Notes: generated from the letters alone by a model not told the origin. DNA of 63,982 bases, filler included, from Octopus bimaculoides (GCF_001194135.2; 4 parts of 4 records of this genome joined end to end with filler, not necessarily neighbours in it), one strand, 5' to 3'; numbered from the whole stretch's first letter, positions 24,746-35,430 are shown. Translations and numbers: made by a program.

Positions 24746-24966
24746 TAGGTTACTGCCTGGAATCGAACTCAGAATCTTGTGGTTAGTAGCCTGCACTCTT
24801 AACCGCTATGCCATATGCCTATGGGCTCGTATATAAAAAGAAAAAAAAGGTCTATGGGCATATGGCATAGTGGTTAAGAGCACAGGCTACTAACCCCAAG
24901 ATTCCAAGTTCGATTCAAGGCAGAGACAAGATGAGGACAAAAATCTGTCAGATGTAAATAAGAACA
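24490..24966. mobile_element. Head-to-head inverted pair 2 of the tRNA-head/(TAA)n/hammerhead element
   Basis: Complete minus arm 24490-24818; centre interrupted by 25 nt flanked by duplicated CTATGGGC (24819-24826, 24852-24859); plus arm internally deleted. Confidence 0.85.
24562..24607 (-). ncRNA. Minimal type I hammerhead ribozyme motif, family 1 (best-preserved copy)
   Basis: GACAC CUGAUGA A GGCUG gaaaauauau CAGCC GAAA CAUU AUGUU: core CUGANGA and GAAA, 5-bp stem II, stem I with one mismatch. Confidence 0.65.
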
Positions 24967-25018
24967 GTGTCATCTCAGTTCATTGTATGCATTTCTTAAA
25001 ATTTGCTAAGGTATTTGC

Positions 25019-25630
25019 TAGGCGTAGGAGTGGCTGTGTGGTAAGTAGCTTGCTTACCAACCACATGGTTCCGGGTTCAGTCCCACTGCATGGCACCTTG
25101 GGCAAGTATCTTCTACAATAGCCTCGAACCAACCAAAGCCTTGTGAGTGGATTTGGTAGACAGAAACTGANNNNNNNNNNNNNNNNNNNNNNNNNNNNNN
25201 NNNNNNNNNNNNNNNNNNNNNNNNNNNNNNNNNNNNNNNNNNNNNNNNNNNNNNNNNNNNNNNNNNNNNNNNNNNNNNNNNNNNNNNNNNNNNNNNNNNN
25301 NNNNNNNNNNNNNNNNNNNNNNNNNNNNNNNNNNNNNNNNNNNNNNNNNNNNNNNNNNNNNNNNNNNNNNNNNNNNNNNNNNNNNNNNNNNNNNNNNNNN
25401 NNNNNNNNNNNNNNNNNNNNNNNNNNNNNNNNNNNNNNNNNNNNNNNNNNNNNNNNNNNNNNNNNNNNNNNNNNNNNNNNNNNNCGTAACTTAGTGGTTC
25501 AGCAAAAGAGAACGATAGAATAAGTACTAGGCTTACAAAAAATAAGTCCTGGGGTCGATTTGCTCGACTAAAGGCGATGCTCCAGCATGGCCACAGTCAA
25601 ATGACTGAAACAAGTAAAAGAGTAAAACAG
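25019..25630 (+). mobile_element. Complete SINE family B copy spanning a gap
   Basis: tRNA head and CORE left of the gap 25171-25484; tail CGTAACTTAG...GACTGAAACAAGTAAAAGAGT right of it. Confidence 0.88.
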
Positions 25631-25760
25631 TAAAACAGTATTGATATTATTTACCTTTTTTATTGACATTTCATTATTAACGTACAATTGTCATCTTATT
25701 TTATTACATCATGTTTCTTGACATAATGTCTCCAAAGAGGAGATCCTTCAGTGGTCGAAA

Positions 25761-26160
25761 AATTATCACAATCTCAATTGGCTGTATGAAAGAGGAATAC
25801 TGGCTCCAAAAGACAGCACTGTAAGTAAAATTAATGAGCAGCTGCTACAGTACCTTCCTGGAAGCCCTCACATTTCTAAGTCAGTTGATACAATCCCAGA
25901 TCCAGAAGAGGAACCCTAATGGCTACCTTCCCACAGATTGGAACTTAAAGTAGGAACTCCAGTAATGTTATTGAGGAATTGGGATCCACCATCATTTTGA
26001 GATAGGACATGCCTGGTGGTTAAAAAGATGATGCCACATGTTATTGAGGCCACTATTCTCTCTGGATGTGGAAAAAGAGAGGATTTTTTCATACCTAGGA
26101 TTTCTCTCATTCCATCGGGAGCAGAAATTCCTTTTTCATTCAGAAGAGTACAATTTCTAT
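25761..26160 (+). mobile_element. Helitron PIF1-like helicase fragment (pseudogenised)
   Basis: One frame: WLYERGILAPKDSTVSKINEQLL...KSVDTI...P*...HRLELKVGTPVMLLRNWDPPSF*DRTCLVVKKMMPHVIEATILSG...FIPRISLIP...PFSFRRVQF. Confidence 0.9.
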
Positions 26161-26240
26161 ATGTGAGTGTGTGTGCATGCATGTGTGTGCGTGCATTTGT
26201 GTGTGTGTGAATATAAACACATTATAGATTGCATATACAC

Positions 26241-26940
26241 AATGTATATTATTTACATTATTTACATTGGACAGATATGTGTCCTTATCTTGTTTGTTGT
26301 TGCCACAATGTTTCAGTTGATTTGCACTCCAGCCGTCATCAGGTGTCCTGGTAGAATTTTGAACCCAACCTTGGGTTCTTATTTCTAAGGTATGATGTTA
26401 TTATTATTTTTATTATTATTTATTCAAGGCACTGCCTGGAATTGAACTCGAAATCTTGGGGTTAGTAGTCCGCACTTTTAACCATCATGCTATATACCTC
26501 TGGGCAATTATAGAGTGAATTTTAGGGCTTATAGACCTAATATTTTTGTATCCTTTCTTAATGCCGGTTCCCATATTCTACTCATATCTGTTCTAGGTCT
26601 TTCACAGAGGCCTCAGAAAAGATACAAAAGATATGCGGTCCATATGACATCAGGACGGTATTCAAGAATCATACAACACTTCGCAAATATCTCCTTTGAG
26701 TAAAACTACCAATAGAAGTGAATATGACTGAAGACTGCGCATAGTAATAATAACATCAGCAAAAAAATACCTTAGGAATGAGAACCCAGGGTTGGGTTCA
26801 AAATTCTACCAGGACATCTGATGAAGGCTGGAGAGTAAATCAGCTGAAATGTTGTAACAACAAACAAGATGAGGACACATGTCCATCCAATGTAAATAAT
26901 GTAAATAATGTGCAAAATTCTTCATCTCTAAAATATAGAC
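26241..26940. mobile_element. Inverted pair 3 of the hammerhead element enclosing a Penelope ORF fragment
   Basis: Minus arm 26241-26505, spacer, plus arm 26745-26940; hammerhead cores at 26302-26347 (-) and 26813-26858 (+). Confidence 0.85.
26580..26744 (+). pseudogene. Penelope-like element ORF fragment (linker between RT and GIY-YIG)
   Basis: SEKIQKICGPYDIRTVFKNHTTLRKYLL*VKLPIEVNMTEDC matches the PLE pattern LSE.IRRI...Y.IRTVFK...TLR..L..VK.P......NC. Confidence 0.7.
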
Positions 26941-27944
26941 CAGTAACACAATGTATGTGTTTTGTTTATTTGCAATCAGTAATGCTTACATTACTAGTGC
27001 TACTTGNNNNNNNNNNNNNNNNNNNNNNNNNNNNNNNNNNNNNNNNNNNNNNNNNNNNNNNNNNNNNNNNNNNNNNNNNNNNNNNNNNNNNNNNNNNNNN
27101 NNNNNNNNNNNNNNNNNNNNNNNNNNNNNNNNNNNNNNNNNNNNNNNNNNNNNNNNNNNNNNNNNNNNNNNNNNNNNNNNNNNNNNNNNNNNNNNNNNNN
27201 NNNNNNNNNNNNNNNNNNNNNNNNNNNNNNNNNNNNNNNNNNNNNNNNNNNNNNNNNNNNNNNNNNNNNNNNNNNNNNNNNNNNNNNNNNNNNNNNNNNN
27301 NNNNNNNNNNNNNNNNNNNNNNNNNNNNNNNNNNNNNNNNNNNNNNNNNNNNNNNNNNNNNNNNNNNNNNNNNNNNNNNNNNNNNNNNNNNNNNNNNNNN
27401 NNNNNNNNNNNNNNNNNNNNNNNNNNNNNNNNNNNNNNNNNNNNNNNNNNNNNNNNNNNNNNNNNNNNNNNNNNNNNNNNNNNNNNNNNNNNNNNNNNNN
27501 NNNNNNNNNNNNNNNNNNNNNNNNNNNNNNNNNNNNNNNNNNNNNNNNNNNNNNNNNNNNNNNNNNNNNNNNNNNNNNNNNNNNNNNNNNNNNNNNNNNN
27601 NNNNNNNNNNNNNNNNNNNNNNNNNNNNNNNNNNNNNNNNNNNNNNNNNNNNNNNNNNNNNNNNNNNNNNNNNNNNNNNNNNNNNNNNNNNNNNNNNNNN
27701 NNNNNNNNNNNNNNNNNNNNNNNNNNNNNNNNNNNNNNNNNNNNNNNNNNNNNNNNNNNNNNNNNNNNNNNNNNNNNNNNNNNNNNNNNNNNNNNNNNNN
27801 NNNNNNNNNNNNNNNNNNNNNNNNNNNNNNNNNNNNNNNNNNNNNNNNNNNNNNNNNNNNNNNNNNNNNNNNNNNNNNNNNNNNNNNNNNNNNNNNNNNN
27901 NNNNNNNNNNNNNNNATATATATATATATATATGTTAATAACAC

Positions 27945-28390
27945 CTGTAAGGATGTGCATTTTCCATTCACCAAAGGGAATGGAGCCTTGGACAGGAGGA
28001 ACTGATGTCATCAGACAGCATCCAATGTTCATTGGGTGTTTTGGTGGGTCAGCAGAAGTGGCCAAGTCACTGCTCCTCATCTCCACCTGGCTTCCAGCTT
28101 AACTCCTCTCTCTTGCTCCAAAGCCAGCAAGAGGCTCTTTCAGCTGCCTCTCACATTCCAAAAGCTATTATCTAGCATTATAAAAAGATGGTCTTTGTTG
28201 TGAGAGGTCTCTTAGCTTCATGCTACAGAGCACTCAGCCAGAATTTGAGATGTACAAGGTTTGATTTTTGTAGAGGCTTGTTGGCCACTTTTTCCATCTT
28301 ATAAGGGTATCTACCTGATTTTCTTTGTTGTCTTCACAGCCATCCTGCATTCAAGAATTCCTTTATTTGCTCTGGAATATGGTGTATTTA
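27945..28390 (-). mobile_element. Hero/R2-like (restriction-like endonuclease) LINE 3' fragment
   Basis: Minus-strand EAAERASCWLWSKREELSWKPGG resembles the AE.AS.WLW.KR...W C-terminus of Hero-type ORFs; upstream part heavily decayed. Confidence 0.55.
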
Positions 28391-28779
28391 ATTATGTTAC
28401 ACTGCTATATTTAGTAGCTATTTAAGCAATAGGTTCATGGATGGTTAACGGGTTGAATGTGGTGCTGAAGAAGGGGCAAGAACTCCTGAAATATGCATAT
28501 ATACCCACTACCTATTTTTCCATCTTTGATCGCATTGTTTACATTAGATGTATTCAAGTATGAAACATTGTAACAAATTAGTGCTGGCTATAATTTCTAC
28601 AGAAAATCTGTAGCGATAATCTTAAAAAAGTGATTTAATAGCACTATTAACATGGTAGGAAACAGTAATAACTTATAAAGCATTTCATGTACTTTGTAGT
28701 ATATTATGGTTGCATAATGAAATATGGTGTCCCTACAGGTCATTAACATACAAATACACATACATACATACATACATAC

Positions 28780-29185
28780 ATGATGGCCGTCCACTCGTGA
28801 TCAAGGAAGACCATTGCCGACCTTCAGGAACATTGTGCACTCTAGGGCTAACTTATATTTTGCATTTGCGGCTCCGTTGGTGGCTAATGAGCCCTGCTCT
28901 TGACAAGCATACATGACTGCAAACATTGCAGACCAAGCTTCCCCCATTCACTATATGAGCCGTGTGCTTTCGTGCAGCTCGCTCAAGTTCTTCATGCTGG
29001 ATACGTGCTCTCTCAAAAGTGTCGATCCCCTCCTTAACCTGTGTCCTCCATCCGTGGCGATGACAGGCATTGTTCTCCCAGTCAGTGTCCTGCATATCAC
29101 AGGCCTTTAATGAGGACTTGACACAGTTCTTAAAGTGCAGCCTTGGTTTCTGCCGGAGTCTCCTTCCATTCACAAGTTCTCCATA
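28780..29185 (-). mobile_element. RTE-X/Expander-like LINE 3' fragment with terminal C2H2 finger
   Basis: [26 protein letters not shown]...WENNA.HR.GWR...CNVCSHVCLSRAGLISHQR*, followed by a 3' UTR ending GGACGGCCATCAT and a (GTAT)n run. Confidence 0.8.
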
Positions 29186-29268
29186 TATACATAAACATAT
29201 ATATACATACATATACATACATATACATATACATAAACATATATATACATACATATACATATATACAT

Positions 29269-29325
<57 letters not shown>

Positions 29326-29331
29326 TACATA

Positions 29332-29362
<31 letters not shown>

Positions 29363-29392
29363 ATACATACATATACATATATATACATACAT

Positions 29393-29462
29393 ATGATGGC
29401 CGTCCACTCGTGATCGAGGAAGACCATTGCCGACCTTCAGGAACATTGTGCGCTCTAGGACT
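29393..29462 (-). mobile_element. Second copy of the same LINE 3' terminus
   Basis: About 70 bp nearly identical to 28780-28849; cut by a gap. Confidence 0.85.
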
Positions 29463-30142
29463 NNNNNNNNNNNNNNNNNNNNNNNNNNNNNNNNNNNNNN
29501 NNNNNNNNNNNNNNNNNNNNNNNNNNNNNNNNNNNNNNNNNNNNNNNNNNNNNNNNNNNNNNNNNNNNNNNNNNNNNNNNNNNNNNNNNNNNNNNNNNNN
29601 NNNNNNNNNNNNNNNNNNNNNNNNNNNNNNNNNNNNNNNNNNNNNNNNNNNNNNNNNNNNNNNNNNNNNNNNNNNNNNNNNNNNNNNNNNNNNNNNNNNN
29701 NNNNNNNNNNNNNNNNNNNNNNNNNNNNNNNNNNNNNNNNNNNNNNNNNNNNNNNNNNNNNNNNNNNNNNNNNNNNNNNNNNNNNNNNNNNNNNNNNNNN
29801 NNNNNNNNNNNNNNNNNNNNNNNNNNNNNNNNNNNNNNNNNNNNNNNNNNNNNNNNNNNNNNNNNNNNNNNNNNNNNNNNNNNNNNNNNNNNNNNNNNNN
29901 NNNNNNNNNNNNNNNNNNNNNNNNNNNNNNNNNNNNNNNNNNNNNNNNNNNNNNNNNNNNNNNNNAGATAGAGAGATTTGGTGATGCAAACAGGGAGAAG
30001 TTTTGTACCAATGCACAAAACTCTTGTCCTCTGAGTCATTCTGTTACTTCTGCTTAATATATATATGAACCTTTAACCCTTAGACATTTTTTCTTTCTCT
30101 GTTTTTTTTTTTTTCTGTCTCTCTATTTTTCTCCTGTCAATC

Positions 30143-30178
30143 CTTTCTGTTGAAGAGTGTAGGCTTGAAACATCAAAG
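30143..30178 (+). ncRNA. Hammerhead-like motif, family 2, copy 1
   Basis: CUUU CUGUUGA A GAGU guag GCUU GAAA CAUC AAAG; inside a pyrimidine-rich repeat (~30075-30270) ending in (TA)n. Confidence 0.45.
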
Positions 30179-30327
30179 ACTTCTTTATTCTTCCTGAGTG
30201 TCAAACTAACCCGCCTGTTTCTGTTCTCTCATTTGTCTTTGTCTTTTGTTTTCTGTAAAGTTGAACTATATATGTATATGGATCAAACAGTTTGATTCAA
30301 ACTCCTTAGTACTCTGAGTTTCAAGCG

Positions 30328-30650
30328 TGTTGCTAGTTGTTGGCCATTAGGAGTCTGGATAAGAGTTTGATTGAAGAAAGTCAATGTTTATAACTGGATG
30401 TTAGCCTGCGTATATGTACGTATATACTCCCACATCTATCGCCCCTTCCTATTTCCACCCCAACCACATGACTGATTTCCTATCCACCATGCTGTATTTT
30501 CTGAGTAATTGTTGTCATTGAAATACCTACATCAATCTGCAACATTGTGTTACCTTTGTTAACCAATCGCAGGCTAACGTCAAGTTATAAACTTTGACTC
30601 TCATCAATCAAACTCTCATTTAGACTCTTAATGGCTGACAACTAACGACA
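30328..30650. mobile_element. MITE-like fold-back element with 83-bp terminal inverted arms
   Basis: 30328-30410 versus 30568-30650 match at 70/83 ungapped; 157-bp spacer. Confidence 0.8.
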
Positions 30651-31354
30651 TGTGTGTGTGTGTGTGTGTGTGTATGTGTGTGTGTGTGTGTATGTGTGTG
30701 TGTGTGTGTATGTGTGTGTATGTATACACACATATATATATATANNNNNNNNNNNNNNNNNNNNNNNNNNNNNNNNNNNNNNNNNNNNNNNNNNNNNNNN
30801 NNNNNNNNNNNNNNNNNNNNNNNNNNNNNNNNNNNNNNNNNNNNNNNNNNNNNNNNNNNNNNNNNNNNNNNNNNNNNNNNNNNNNNNNNNNNNNNNNNNN
30901 NNNNNNNNNNNNNNNNNNNNNNNNNNNNNNNNNNNNNNNNNNNNNNNNNNNNNNNNNNNNNNNNNNNNNNNNNNNNNNNNNNNNNNNNNNNNNNNNNNNN
31001 NNNNNNNNNNNNNNNNNNNNNNNNNNNNNNNNNNNNNNNNNNNNNNNNNNNNNNNNNNNNNNNNNNNNNNNNNNNNNNNNNNNNNNNNNNNNNNNNNNNN
31101 NNNNNNNNNNNNNNNNNNNNNNNNNNNNNNNNNNNNNNNNNNNNNNNNNNNNNNNNNNNNNNNNNNNNNNNNNNNNNNNNNNNNNNNNNNNNNNNNNNNN
31201 NNNNNNNNNNNNNNNNNNNNNNNNNNNNNNNNNNNNNNNNNNNNNNNNNNNNNNNNNNNNNNNNNNNNNNNNNNNNNNNNNNNNNNNNNNNNNNNNNNNN
31301 NNNNNNNNNNNNNNNNNGCCACTAGGTTACAGAGACTAAGTTACCACTAAGTTA

Positions 31355-31376
31355 CACCAGCATCGGTTGTCAAACA

Positions 31377-31426
<50 letters not shown>

Positions 31427-31562
31427 TATACGACAGGCTTCACTCACAAGGCTTTGGTCAGCCCAAGGCTACAGTAGAAGACACTTGCCCAAGGTACCAC
31501 GCAGTGGGACTGAACCCGTATCCATGCGGTTGGTAAGCAAACAACTTACCACACAGCCACTC

Positions 31563-31567
<5 letters not shown>
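31355..31567 (-). mobile_element. SINE family B with internal (CA)n
   Basis: Head, CORE and start of tail recognisable, with small deletions. Confidence 0.8.
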
Positions 31568-31598
<31 letters not shown>

Positions 31599-32439
31599 AT
31601 GCATATGTATACATTTGTGTGTTTGTATGTGTGCATGCACATGCGTGTATGCACGTGCATGTGTGTGTATGTATATATAGTTCATAGATGAGATCCAGAT
31701 ATTCTCCATACAGAATACACTTAATAGTACTGAAGAGATTTAATCTTGAGTGGGTATAGAAGTAATTGTAGGGTTAAGCAAATAAGACAGATCAATATAT
31801 AGAGAATATTTTTATATTTCATACATGAAATATAAAAAAATGTACATATGTAGGTATGACTTACACAGAATATAAGTGATATAGGTAATTAAAGGGTGGA
31901 GAAAAAGTACAACAAATACAAAAGCTGTTTCTGGGGACTCGGCAGTCCAAAATGATATTTGTAGATTGATTTCATTGTAGGATAAGACGAGCCTCCATCT
32001 TACATTTGAGATGTTAGAGGAGAGAAGCTCAAAGATGAAATGATTGAATGTGGAGAGCTAAGTGAATTAGAGAGGGGAATTGGGGAAGGTGAGTTTCAAG
32101 ATAGGGAATAGTGAGAGGAGGAAAGATAATTTAAAAGTGAGGCGTTAATAAGGGGGATAGTAGTGGGTAGAAGTAGTAGAGGTGGAAAGTAGAAGGATGA
32201 GGGGAGGATGGGGTTGGTAGTATGTGAATGGTGGTCTATTGTGTTAGGTTTGTATGAAAGCTATAGAATTAATGGTTGAGATAGTGAGAAAAGGAAATGG
32301 CTATATTTTTGAGGTAAGTAAGGTGACTAATTCATTGGGTGAGTGAGATTACTCTTATATGTAGAGAGGTATAAGAGAAGATAGAGGGGTGTGGGCAGAG
32401 TGAGGGGTGAGTTGGTAGCCTATATTGCAGTGGTTAGTG

Positions 32440-32765
32440 GGATAATGAATTTGGGTTGTACTTCGGGACAAATCTGTAAAAGATTATCTAATCATTATAG
32501 TACCTTTAGAGATAGAAGTAAAATAGCAAGCACTAGTCTTAGTAAATTCATTTGGGAACTGACAGAACAAAAAAAGCAATATTCGTTAGAATGGTCGATC
32601 ATCGGGAGGTCTTTCCCGTATGACAAGGGTAGGAGATATTGTTCGTTATGTAATTTAGAACTATATTTTATATTATTCTCTAAGGGTAAGTTAATAAATA
32701 AACTAACAAATAATGCTCTAAGATGTACACATTTTCCAAGACACACATTTCTCTGGTTTAAATGA
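32440..32765 (+). mobile_element. Penelope-like element, GIY-YIG endonuclease C-terminal part
   Basis: LGCTSGQICKRLSNHYSTFR.....STSLSKFIWEL...KQYSLEWSII...PYDKGRRYCSLCNLELYFI...INK......CTH: the PLE pattern LSKYIW.LK...W.I...PY.....C.LC..E...I...LNK......C.H. Confidence 0.75.
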
Positions 32766-32842
32766 ATTATAAATTGCAGTACGACCGGATATTATAGTNN
32801 NNNNNNNNNNNNNNNNNNNNNNNNNNNNNNNNNNNNNNNNNN

Positions 32843-32854
32843 TTAATTAATTAA
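32843..32854. other. Artificial scaffold-join linker
   Basis: 44N-TTAATTAATTAA-44N. Confidence 0.95.
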
Positions 32855-32898
32855 NNNNNNNNNNNNNNNNNNNNNNNNNNNNNNNNNNNNNNNNNNNN

Positions 32899-33206
32899 CG
32901 TGGATTTGGGGATTAAGATGGTTTTCCCTTTTGTGAGCCATTCAGGCATTGTTTCTGGATCTGCTATTATGTTGTTAAAGTTTTCTGCCAGCTTTTTATG
33001 CATTGCTGGCAGGTGTTTTAACCAGAAATTGGGGATCTTGTCGTGTCCAGGTGCTTTCCAGTTGCTTGGTCTTTGCAGTCTCTGGGTGACCTCTTCAGTT
33101 GTTATAGGGGCCCAGAGTTGCTCAAGTCCTAAGTTCGTTGTTTTAATGGTCCTTTTTTGGGGTTGTTGCTTCACCGACCATATTTGTTTCCAGAATTTCT
33201 CTAGTT
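32899..33206 (-). mobile_element. R4/Dong-like LINE, 5'-truncated, start of the RT domain
   Basis: EELEKFWKQIW...ITTEEV...NWKAPGHDKIPNFWLKHL...PEWLTKGKTILIPK; the 5' junction lies directly in (TAA)n 33207-33330. Confidence 0.75.
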
Positions 33207-33213
33207 CTTCTTA

Positions 33214-33278
<65 letters not shown>

Positions 33279-33721
33279 ATTATTATTATTATCATTATTA
33301 TTATTATTATTTTATTATTATTATTAGTATTATTTTTTTTTTTTAACTATTGCAAACTTCTCATATAAGGAGTCCTGTAGACACTGCTACTTCAAACTGT
33401 TGCTCACATTTCGTGACATAATTAGCGAAATTGTAAAATGTTATACATTTCATATCACATTAAACATGTGGAATATTAGAAGGCGAAGTTTGATTTCCTA
33501 TACTACCCAAATTTAAGATTAATTTGCTAAACGCTTTTCTGTAGAGCAAGCAATAAAATAGGGGTCGAACGAAATTGATCATGATGCAGTAGTTTTACTT
33601 TATTTTATTGCCAACAAAACAAAAACAAATCGGATAACATTTCATATGTATATAAAATGTTAACCGTTTTCTATATATGTTGATATATGTACATATACAT
33701 ACATACATACACAGACACACA

Positions 33722-33772
<51 letters not shown>

Positions 33773-34324
33773 CCTAATATGATAATGAGCGTGGTGTTTT
33801 TATATATTTGTCCAAAATCACGCAGTGGGAGTGAAGGGAAAGAAGAGAAAATGGTATTTCAGTGAAGGAGGAGTAGTGAGACTTATAGCCATGAGTGAGA
33901 GAAAGTAATAGCAAAGAGAGAGGGGAATTGGCAAAAAGAGCATCGTGTGTCGTCTACTATAATTGTCTACTATAATAATACTCTTATGTATTTCTCCGTC
34001 ACAACATATCAATGAGAGAGGAAGGGGTGATCCTCCGATAGAAGTGGGATGGTGAAATGTCAACGGTGAAAGAAAAATCAAACAGCGCTTCAATTCTGTG
34101 TGAGTATATGCGTGTATGTGTAAAGGGAGGGGTGAGAATGTTTGTGTGTATGTGTGTGTGTGTGTGTGTGCATGTGTGTAAAATATATTTATATATTTGA
34201 GTGAGTGTATATGTTTTATATATATGAGTGAGGGTGTACGTGTTTGTGTATGTTTATTTACAAAGATACATAGAAAATAGAATTAGAGACACGCGCATTT
34301 ACATATAGCTATATATATATAAAT

Positions 34325-34645
34325 CACTGCGTGGGCAGGTGTCTTCTACTATAACCCCGGGCCGACCAAAGCCTTGTGAGTGGATTTGGTAGATGGAAAC
34401 GGAAAGAAACCTGTCGTATGTATGTATATGTATATACTTGTGTTTGTGTGTCTGTGTTTGTCCCCTCAACATCGCTTGACAACCAATGCTGGTGTGTTTA
34501 CGTCCCCGTAACATAGCGGTTCGGCAAAACACAGTGATAGAATAAGTACTAGGCTTACAAAGAATAAGTCCTGGGGTCGATTTGCGGTGCTCCAGCATGG
34601 CCGCAGTGAAATGACTGAAACAAGTAAAAGAGTAAAAGCGTAAAA
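34325..34645 (+). mobile_element. SINE family B, 5'-truncated, short internal microsatellite
   Basis: Gap-free copy showing CORE, short TATG run and full tail. Confidence 0.88.
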
Positions 34646-34759
34646 GAGGCACACTTAAAAAGGAAAGAAGCGGAGTGTGACAAAGTATAGAAAACTGCGT
34701 TCGTTACAGACTGTGCTACTCATGCATATAAATGTATACATATGCACAGGGGCACGCAG

Positions 34760-34845
<86 letters not shown>

Positions 34846-35204
34846 GTACAAAGTTGAAGCACTGTTTGATTTTCTCACCTTTATGTATCCTTTTTTTATA
34901 TATAATACTACAATTAATCGTCATTATTGACGGCACGGAGCCAGCTAGTATGTATATAATTGATATCTTTTTCATGGTCATTTATATTCCATACCTACAT
35001 ATACATATTCATACATACATCCGTATGTATCTATACATCCATCCATCCGTCTATCTACTCGGTCTGTCTATCTATCTACATACATACATAAAAACAAGCA
35101 TATATATATATATATATATATACACGCACACATATCTATGAATAACCATGAATAACTGTGGAATTGCACCTAGAAAGTTCGGGCAAGTTTTTGTGGAAGA
35201 CCAG

Positions 35205-35430
35205 CAGTCGCCCATGCATACAGGCCACAGATGTTGTCCAAGGGAAAAACAAAAGCCGATGCAGCTTGGCACCAGTGATATTGCAACTCCTTTCTACAGC
35301 TGAGTGAACTGGAACAACGTGAAATAAAGTGTCTTGCTCAAAAACACAACACACAGCCCGGTACGGGAATCGATCTCATTCCTCATGGTTGAGAGCCCGA
35401 TCCCTAACCACTGAACCATGCACCTTTACA
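35205..35430 (-). mobile_element. CORE-type SINE family C
   Basis: Minus strand TGGTTCAGTGGTTAGGG (A-box) and GTGTTTTTGAGCAAGACACTTTATTTCACGTTG; related head at 37780-37885. Confidence 0.75.

Noticed and set aside
29966-30056. IERFGDANREK peptide as a paralogous HSD exon 3
   Set aside because: Similarity is a few residues only, and the DNA is better explained as a partial copy of the 4691-4802 fold-back element.
31725-31760. CTGAAGA motif upstream of the Penelope fragment
   Set aside because: No GAAA core element; too degenerate to call.
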